A DNA stretch of 64,000 bases from Candidatus Binatia bacterium (GTDB lineage Bacteria; Desulfobacterota; Binatia; UBA9968). Made by a program: the position numbers and the translations under genes. The stretch lies in NCBI GenBank assembly GCA_041483675.1, contig JBGPGE010000008.1:1211-65210 (forward strand). Reading direction: 5' to 3'. Each line of letters begins with the position of its first letter. Positions within the stretch are counted from its first letter, which is position 1. Below the pieces are notes generated by a model that worked only from the letters and a program-made list of their open reading frames with translations, was not told the DNA's origin and did no database searches. Below are positions 17,081-23,322 of the stretch, in pieces.

Positions 17081-17545
17081 ATGACTTTCGTCTACGAAAC
17101 AGAGATCGAGTGGACCGGAGAGCGCGCCGGCCGCTTGCGAGCGCCGCATCTGCCGCCGCTCGAAGTCTCCGCGCCGCCGGAATTCGACGGACGCGACGGC
17201 GTGTGGACTCCCGAGCATCTCTATGTCGGCGCCGTAGCGTCGTGCTTCATGACGACATTTCTGGCGATCGCGCGGAATTCCAAGCTGGAGTTTGTCAGTT
17301 TCACGACAACGGCAAGCGGCAAGCTGGAGAAGGTACCGGAAGCCGGATTGCAGATGACGGAGATTGTCTTGAAGCCGCGGCTCGTCATTCACAGCATCGG
17401 CGACACCGACCGCGCGCGGCGGATTATCGAAAAGGCAGAGAAAAATTGCTTGATTTCAAACTCTATCAAGACGGCGATCCGCGTCACCCCTGAAATTTAC
17501 CATCACCAGGACCCCGTTTACCCGTGTCCGACGTTGGCGATTTAG
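17081..17545 (+). CDS. OsmC/Ohr family peroxiredoxin-like protein
   Basis: Two conserved Cys contexts (VGAVASCFMTTF and AEKNCLISNS). About 150 aa. Confidence 0.85.
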   Translation: MTFVYETEIEWTGERAGRLRAPHLPPLEVSAPPEFDGRDGVWTPEHLYVGAVASCFMTTFLAIARNSKLEFVSFTTTASGKLEKVPEAGLQMTEIVLKPRLVIHSIGDTDRARRIIEKAEKNCLISNSIKTAIRVTPEIYHHQDPVYPCPTLAI

Positions 17546-17574
17546 CCTACGAGGAGATTAAGCAGGGGCGGCTT

Positions 17575-18225
17575 ATGCCATTCCAAAATCGCGAAGAAGC
17601 GGCGCATCTCCTGGCGCAAAGGTTGACGAGATACCGGCGATTCAACCCGCTGGTCCTGGCTATACCGCGGGGCGCGGTTGCAATGGCCAAGATCATCGCG
17701 GACGCATTGGGCGGCGAGCTTGATGTGGTATTGGTCCACAAGTTGGGAGCGCCGGGTCAGCCCGAGTTGGCCATCGGGGCGGTCGATGAGCAGGGGCAGG
17801 TTTATTTGTCCGACCACGCCGAGGCCCTCGACATCAGCCCCGAATATTTGGCCGCCGAAACGGAAGCCCAACTCAAGGTCCTGCGCGCGCGGCGCGCCGC
17901 CTACACCCCTCTCCGAGCCCCCGCCGACCCTGCCGGACGCGTGGTCATCGTCGTGGACAACGGCGTCGCCACGGGAGCCACTCTGATCGCCGGCTTGCGG
18001 GCTGTGCGCGCCAGAGGGCCGGCCAGACTCGTCGCCGCTGTAGCCGTGGCGCCAAGAGAAACTTTCAGGAAGATCGCTCGGGAGGCGGACGAGACCGTTT
18101 GTCTGGAAGTGCCGGCGATCTTTTTCGCCGTAGGAGAGTTTTTCAAGGACTTCTCTCAGGTAACCGACGAAGAGGTGGCGGCGGTTTTGCGCCAGAGCGG
18201 TCCACGCTCAGGGCTGGGTAAATGA
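17575..18225 (+). CDS. phosphoribosyltransferase family protein
   Basis: FQNREEAAHLLAQRL...VLAIPRGAV...VVIVVDNGVATGATL PRPP-binding loop. Start at MPFQNRE. The longer ORF overlaps osmC. Confidence 0.8.
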   Translation: MPFQNREEAAHLLAQRLTRYRRFNPLVLAIPRGAVAMAKIIADALGGELDVVLVHKLGAPGQPELAIGAVDEQGQVYLSDHAEALDISPEYLAAETEAQLKVLRARRAAYTPLRAPADPAGRVVIVVDNGVATGATLIAGLRAVRARGPARLVAAVAVAPRETFRKIAREADETVCLEVPAIFFAVGEFFKDFSQVTDEEVAAVLRQSGPRSGLGK

Positions 18226-18246
18226 GCGGCTCGCCGGCCGCGCCGG

Positions 18247-18891
18247 CTATCGATCCGGCCGGCGGCAAAGATGGCGCTCAAACCATTCGGATGCCAGGCG
18301 CGCGACTTCTTCCAAAGCGCCGGGTTCTTCAAACAGATGTGTCGCTCCCGGAATAATCTTTAACTCCTTCTCCGCTTTGAGCCGTTTGTAGGCCCGCTGA
18401 TTGAGATCGATCACGATATCGTCAAGGCCGCCGACGATGAGCAGAGTAGGCGCCGTGACTTGCTCCAACGCCGTCCAAGCCAGATCCGGCCTGCCCCCAC
18501 GGGACACCACTGCGCTAACGACCGGTCCCAATGCTGCGGCGGCGCGAAGGGCTGCTGCGGCTCCGGTGCTGGCCCCGAAATAGCCGACGGCAAGGGCTGC
18601 GGTTGCAGCCGACTTAGCCACCCAGCGCGTGGCGTTCTCCAATCGATTGGTCAGCAGATCGATATCGAAACGCGTTTCGTAGTCGGCATCCTCCTGCGGC
18701 GTCAAGAGATCCATCAGCAGGGTGCCAAGACCGCTCGCGCGCAATACTTGCGCGACATACTGATTTCTTGGGCTGCGGCGGCTGCTGCCGCTGCCATGAG
18801 CGAACAAAACAACCGCGTCCGCGTCCGAGGGAATCGCCAGCTCTCCCTCGAGCACGACGGAGTCCACCGGGATGTGGACCAGTTCCTTCAC
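18247..18891 (-). CDS. dienelactone hydrolase-like alpha/beta hydrolase
   Basis: VVLFAHGSGSSRRSPRN...GYFGASTGAAAAL nucleophile elbow, and IPGATHLFEEPG. Confidence 0.8.
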   Translation of the reverse strand: MKELVHIPVDSVVLEGELAIPSDADAVVLFAHGSGSSRRSPRNQYVAQVLRASGLGTLLMDLLTPQEDADYETRFDIDLLTNRLENATRWVAKSAATAALAVGYFGASTGAAAALRAAAALGPVVSAVVSRGGRPDLAWTALEQVTAPTLLIVGGLDDIVIDLNQRAYKRLKAEKELKIIPGATHLFEEPGALEEVARLASEWFERHLCRRPDR

Positions 18892-18923
18892 GCCGCCCTC
18901 ACGCCCTGAGACTTAGATACAGA

Positions 18924-18950
18924 AAAGGCCCAGGTTATGCCTGGGCCTTT
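18924..18950 (-). terminator. rho-independent terminator after the CBS gene
   Basis: 11-bp stem aaaggcccagg/cctgggccttt with a 5-nt loop, followed on the minus strand by TTTTCTGT. Confidence 0.55.
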
Positions 18951-19000
18951 CCGGGCAAGGGCAGCCACGCCCAACTCCATCTGCGCCAAACGCCTTCGCG

Positions 19001-19429
19001 CTAGGCGGTCCCGACCGGCGTCGTTTCCGCCACAGCCTTACCCAGCTCAGCCATCTCGTCGCTGAGCAGTGCGATGACGTCGTCCATGGTGACGATGCCG
19101 AGCACCTCGTCCAGGCCGTCAACCACCGGAACGCGCCGAACGTGCTGCGCGTGCATGAGAGTGGTCAACTCTCTGAGGCCCTTGTCTACGGGGATCCGCA
19201 CCGGGTTGCGAGTCATAATCTCGCTCACCTTGGTCTTAAGCGGATCCCGCTTCTCTCCGGTCACCTTTAACGCGACATCGCGGTCGGTCAGGATGCCGCA
19301 CAACTTGCCGCGTTCCTCTACCACCATACAGCCGACGTTCTTTTCCCCCATCATGCGGCAGGCCTCCACGATGTTGTTTTCCGGAGAGATACTGACAACG
19401 CGCCGTTGGCAAAATTCCTGCAATGACAT
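19001..19429 (-). CDS. CBS domain pair protein
   Basis: Two CBS motifs (VGCMVVEERGKLCGILTDRD and VRRVPVVDGLDEVLGIVTMDD). Confidence 0.9.
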   Translation of the reverse strand: MSLQEFCQRRVVSISPENNIVEACRMMGEKNVGCMVVEERGKLCGILTDRDVALKVTGEKRDPLKTKVSEIMTRNPVRIPVDKGLRELTTLMHAQHVRRVPVVDGLDEVLGIVTMDDVIALLSDEMAELGKAVAETTPVGTA

Positions 19430-19440
19430 GGCACACCTCC

Positions 19441-19944
19441 CTACTCCACCTTCACCTTAGTTTCTTTTTTCTTCGCCTCCTCGGTCTTGGGGAGGTGAAT
19501 TTCCAGCACGCCGTTCTTGAACGACGCTCGCGCTTTCTCCATTTGAACGTCCGCGGGCAACTCCATGCTGCGGCTGAAGGAGCCGTACGACCGCTCGCAG
19601 CGGTAGAAATTCTTTTCCTTAACTTCCTCCTCCTTTTTCTTCTCGCCCTTGATCGTCAGGTGGTGATCGGCCAGGTTCACCTCGATATCTTCTTTGCTCA
19701 TGCCCGGCAGCTCCACTTTGGCCACGATCTCGTCTTTCTCCTCGTAGAGATCCACGGCCGGAGTGGCGAGGGCGGCCGTCCTCGGTCCCCACCAGCGCTC
19801 ATCCAAAATTGGCCGTAAGCGGCGACCGAAGAAGTCTTCGAACATATCCCCCATTTCCCGCTCCCATCGGGCCATTTCCGTAAATGGGCGCCACGGGACC
19901 AGTTTTTTCTCCTCTTTCGAGCCTTGCGGCATTGGCTTTGCCAT
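19441..19944 (-). CDS. Hsp20/alpha-crystallin family small heat-shock protein
   Basis: PAVDLYEEKDEIVAKVELPGMSKEDIEVNLADHHLTIKGE...FKNGVLEIHLPK. Start at ATG 19944 with an AAAGGAGGA RBS. The 255-aa ORF in the track is an over-extension. Confidence 0.9.
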   Translation of the reverse strand: MAKPMPQGSKEEKKLVPWRPFTEMARWEREMGDMFEDFFGRRLRPILDERWWGPRTAALATPAVDLYEEKDEIVAKVELPGMSKEDIEVNLADHHLTIKGEKKKEEEVKEKNFYRCERSYGSFSRSMELPADVQMEKARASFKNGVLEIHLPKTEEAKKKETKVKVE

Positions 19945-19987
19945 AGCGAGTCCTCCTTTCGTGACCGTTGCTATCCGATTCAAGAAA

Positions 19988-20002
19988 GCATCTTTCATGC
20001 CA
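19988..20002 (-). promoter_or_regulatory. sigma54 -24/-12 promoter (TGGCATGAAAGATGC)
   Basis: GG-N10-GC spacing. 43 nt upstream of ATG 19944. Confidence 0.6.
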
Positions 20003-20072
20003 GCGCACAGATGACGAGAACCAGCTCGAATGCGCCATTTTTCGACGTTTTTCAATCCGCGGACCGACCCTG

Positions 20073-20090
20073 TTTTGCGCCCGTGCAAAA
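20073..20090. promoter_or_regulatory. candidate UAS near-palindrome TTTTGCGC-CC-GTGCAAAA
   Basis: 70-88 nt upstream of the sigma54 promoter at 19988. Same half-site as 15350-15365. Confidence 0.4.
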
Positions 20091-20219
20091 AACTACGGGC
20101 AAGGAATCGCGAAGCTGCAAACGGGATTTGTCTATGATAGAAAGGTCGCTGCGCCTGAGCGGCGTTCGCGTTCGCTACGAGGGGGCATAGTTCTTGCTCG
20201 CTTTTCATTCAATGTAAAC

Positions 20220-20320
20220 CCCGCCTCTTGAGGCGGGCACAAAACCGATGGGGTTTCCAAAGGGGAGAAGCGGCAGCTCTCCCCTTTGGTCGAACACGGG
20301 GATTCAAACCCCGTGTTCGA
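20220..20320. repeat. three consecutive GC-rich hairpins (6-bp, 12-bp and 12-bp stems)
   Basis: cccgcc-tcttga-ggcggg; ccaaaggggaga-agcggcagc-tctcccctttgg; tcgaacacgggg-attcaaa-ccccgtgttcga. The last two are directly abutting. Confidence 0.7.
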
Positions 20321-20349
20321 TATAAGTTGATTTTTGAAATTTACGCACT

Positions 20350-21681
20350 ATGGCCGACGAGCGCGTTTTGATAATGGGGGCGGCAGGCCGGGACTTTCAC
20401 ACCTTCAACGTCTACTTCCGCGACAATCCCGACTACAAAGTGGTGGCTTTCACCGCCGCGCAAATCCCCGGCATCGAGAACCGCTGGTATCCGGCAAGCC
20501 TCAGCGGGAAGTTCTATCCCCAGGGCATTCCCATCTACCCGGAAGATTGGCTGGAGTGCCTCATTCGCGACCAGGGCGTGAACCAGGTGGTGTTTGCGTA
20601 TAGCGACGTCTCTCATGCGACGGTCATGCACCTGGCCTCGCGCGCGCTCGCCGCCGGCGCCGACTTTCGTCTGTTGGGGCCGGCGCATAGTTTCCTCAAG
20701 TCGACGCGCCCGGTGATTTCGGTCTGCGCCGTGCGCACCGGCTGCGGCAAAGGCTCGGTGGTCCGCCGGATCGCGACGCTGCTCAGGGAGCGGCAGCTTC
20801 GGCCGGTGGTGGTGCGCCATCCCATGCCCTACGGCGACCTGGCCGGTCAGGCGGTGCAGCGCTTCGCCGCGATCGAAGATTGCGACCGGCAGCATTGCAC
20901 GGTTGAAGAGCGGGAAGAGTACGAACAACACATCCAACAGGGCGTGGTCGTGTACGCCGGCGTCGACTACGAGCGCATTCTCCGCTCGGCGGAGCAGGAG
21001 GCGGACGTCATTCTCTGGGACGGCGGAAACAACGACTGGCCGTTTTTCCGGCCCGACCTGGAGATCGTGCTGCTCGATCCGCATCGCGCCGGCCACGAGC
21101 TGCTCTACCATCCCGGCGAAACGAATCTCCGGCGGGCGCATATCCTGATCGTCAACAAGCTCGACTCCGCCCCGGTCGAGGGCGTCCGGCAAGTGATAAA
21201 GAACATCGCCGAGATCAACCCGGCCGCCACGGTGATTCAGGCCCGTTCGGCGCTGTCCGTCGACCGCCCTGAGTTGATCCGCGGCAAACGGGTCCTGGTC
21301 GTCGAAGACGGGCCGACGCTGACGCACGGCGAGATGGGATACGGCGCCGGCGTGATCGCGGCCCGGCAAAACGGAGCTTCCGAACTGCTCGACCCGCGCC
21401 CTTTCGCCAAGGGAAGTCTGGTCGAGACGTTTCGCCGCCATCCCTGGGTGACGCAGGCGCTTCCCGCCATGGGCTATTCGACTGCTCAACTCGATGACCT
21501 CGCCGCTACGATCGCCGCCGTTTCTTGCGACGCGCTCGTGCTGGCGACGCCGATCGACCTGCTCCGCCTGATTCCCATAGACCGGCCGTGCGCGCGCGTG
21601 CGCTACGAGCTTGCGGAGATCGGCCGCCCCGATCTGGCCGAGGCGATCGCAGTATTTGTGCGCCAGCGTGTGAAGCGATGA
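20350..21681 (+). CDS. cyclic 2,3-diphosphoglycerate synthetase-like GTPase-fold protein (COG2403-like)
   Basis: N-terminus VLIMGAAGRDFHTFNVYFRDNP and P-loop CAVRTGCGKGSV. Recognised from memory of archaeal CpgS-like proteins. Confidence 0.65.
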   Translation: MADERVLIMGAAGRDFHTFNVYFRDNPDYKVVAFTAAQIPGIENRWYPASLSGKFYPQGIPIYPEDWLECLIRDQGVNQVVFAYSDVSHATVMHLASRALAAGADFRLLGPAHSFLKSTRPVISVCAVRTGCGKGSVVRRIATLLRERQLRPVVVRHPMPYGDLAGQAVQRFAAIEDCDRQHCTVEEREEYEQHIQQGVVVYAGVDYERILRSAEQEADVILWDGGNNDWPFFRPDLEIVLLDPHRAGHELLYHPGETNLRRAHILIVNKLDSAPVEGVRQVIKNIAEINPAATVIQARSALSVDRPELIRGKRVLVVEDGPTLTHGEMGYGAGVIAARQNGASELLDPRPFAKGSLVETFRRHPWVTQALPAMGYSTAQLDDLAATIAAVSCDALVLATPIDLLRLIPIDRPCARVRYELAEIGRPDLAEAIAVFVRQRVKR

Positions 21682-21743
21682 GCCCGGACCGGAACAGGAA
21701 TCATTCCGTCAGAGCCCGCGTTCGGCCGGCCCGCGCGGCGGGT

Positions 21744-23093
21744 TCACTTATCCTCGATACCCAGCCTCTCCATCTTCCGATAGAGCGTCGAGAGGCTTAA
21801 ACCCAGCATTTCGGCGGTGCGCTTTTTATCGCCGGAAGTTTTCTCCAACAGCCTCGCGATGTGGACCCGCTCGCATTCTTTCAGGACTTCCTCGAGATTG
21901 TCGTTCAAAGGATGTTCCTGCGGCGGCGCCTCATGGCCGGGCAGATCGGCGGGCGTAATCCATTCGCCGTTGCCCAGGATCATCGCCCGTTCCAGCGTGT
22001 TATCCAATTCGCGGACATTGCCTTTCCAGGGAAGCGACATGAAAACCCTCATGGTGACGTTGTCGACCCCGCGATAATTCTTCTTCATCTCCTGGTTATG
22101 GCGGTGGATCAGATGCTCCACCAGCAAAGGAATGTCTTCGCGTCTCTCGCGCAGCGGCGGGATATGGACGCCGACGACGTTCAGGCGATAGTAAAGATCC
22201 TCGCGGAACCTGCCGGCTTCGATTTCCAAGTTCAACTCCCGGTTGGTGGAAGCTAGGATGCGCACGTCGACCTGAGTCGGGTTGGTCGAGCCTACGGGCA
22301 AGACTTTTTTTTCTTCGATCACGCGCAGCAGCTTGGGCTGCAGGCTGAGCGGCATCTCGCCGATTTCATCGAGAAAAATCGTGCCGCCGCGCGCGCGCTG
22401 AAAGAGCCCCTCTTGCGAATTGGTGGCGCCGGTAAAGGCGCCTTTGACGTAGCCGAAGAGCTGGCTTTCGAGCAGCGTCTCCGGGATTGCGCTGCAATTG
22501 ACCGGCAGGAACACGCGGTCGCGGCGCGGGCTGCGCAGGTGGATGGCGCGCGCCACCACTTCCTTTCCCACGCCGCTCTCGCCCGTGATAAGCACCGTCG
22601 AAGGAGTCGGCGCGACCTTTTCCACCAGCGCCAGGATTTCCTGGATCGCCTTGCTGGATCCCACCGGCTGCTCCGGCGCGGAATATTTGGACGCCTCTCT
22701 GCGGAGCAGCTGGAGCTCCCAGGCAAGGCTGCGGTGCTCCATCAGATGATGCACCTTGCGCAAGACGTCTTCGAAGATCAACGGCTTTAAGATGTAATCC
22801 TGCGCTCCCAGGCGCAACGCCTCCACCGCCGTATCCACCGATGCGTAGGCGGTCATAAGAATAGCGAGAGTTTGCGGCGAGACTTCGCGCACATGCTTGA
22901 GCACGGCAAGGCCGTCGGCCGCGGGGAGCCTCAAGTCCGTCAGCACAAGGTCGAGATCCAGCTCGTCGGCGAGTTTGATGGCTGCCGCGCCGTCGGCGGC
23001 TTCGTGCACCTGGTAGCCTTCCTCGCGAAGGAGCTCGCAAAGGCTCCGGCGAGCCGCTTCCTCGTCTTCGACAACTAGAATGTTTCCTGCCAT
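21744..23093 (-). CDS. sigma54-dependent response regulator (NtrC family: REC, AAA+, Fis-type HTH)
   Basis: REC (ILVVEDEEA...DLVLTDLRLP), Walker A GESGVGKE, GAFTGA loop (KGAFTGA), C-terminal HTH (TAEMLGLSLSTLYRKM). Confidence 0.93.
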   Translation of the reverse strand: MAGNILVVEDEEAARRSLCELLREEGYQVHEAADGAAAIKLADELDLDLVLTDLRLPAADGLAVLKHVREVSPQTLAILMTAYASVDTAVEALRLGAQDYILKPLIFEDVLRKVHHLMEHRSLAWELQLLRREASKYSAPEQPVGSSKAIQEILALVEKVAPTPSTVLITGESGVGKEVVARAIHLRSPRRDRVFLPVNCSAIPETLLESQLFGYVKGAFTGATNSQEGLFQRARGGTIFLDEIGEMPLSLQPKLLRVIEEKKVLPVGSTNPTQVDVRILASTNRELNLEIEAGRFREDLYYRLNVVGVHIPPLRERREDIPLLVEHLIHRHNQEMKKNYRGVDNVTMRVFMSLPWKGNVRELDNTLERAMILGNGEWITPADLPGHEAPPQEHPLNDNLEEVLKECERVHIARLLEKTSGDKKRTAEMLGLSLSTLYRKMERLGIEDK

Positions 23094-23128
23094 TCGGCGC
23101 CTTTTCGATCAACCTGCATTGCTTTGTC

Positions 23129-23158
23129 AGAAGTGCGAATAGCCCTATGGGCACTTCT
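23129..23158. promoter_or_regulatory. inverted repeat AGAAGTGC-N14-GCACTTCT in the leader of the activator gene
   Basis: Perfect 8-bp arms seen directly. 36-65 nt upstream of ATG 23093. Confidence 0.3.
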
Positions 23159-23217
23159 CACACGCGCGAAAAAGTGACGCGGATTAAGCGAACTTCAATA
23201 CTTTGTGTTGTGGTCTT

Positions 23218-23232
23218 GCAAATCTCAGACCA
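23218..23232 (-). promoter_or_regulatory. weaker sigma54-like element (TGGTCTGAGATTTGC)
   Basis: Correct GG-N10-GC spacing and a TTTGC -12 box, but the -24 box is TGGTCT. 124 nt upstream of the activator ATG. Confidence 0.3.
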
Positions 23233-23322
23233 CCCGATGCGTCGCCACTATGCCGGTGAGCGTGATCGGCGGGTTCCGCACAAAGGGATGTTGCAGAAGG
23301 AGCAAAAAGAACACCACCGGGG

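Noticed and set aside
19441-20208. 255-aa version of the second hsp20 ORF
   Set aside because: The extension would run through the sigma54 promoter and enhancer. ATG 19944 has an AAAGGAGGA RBS and gives a normal-length sHSP.
20290-20320. Possible tRNA fragment or tRNA gene (ggggattcaaacccc)
   Set aside because: Only a single 12-bp hairpin is present, the loop register does not match a T-loop (TTCRANY), and no D or anticodon arms are nearby. It is reported only as a hairpin.
20341-21489. 382-aa ORF on the minus strand
   Set aside because: It is antisense to the cDPG-synthetase-like gene and has no motifs, so it is a shadow ORF.
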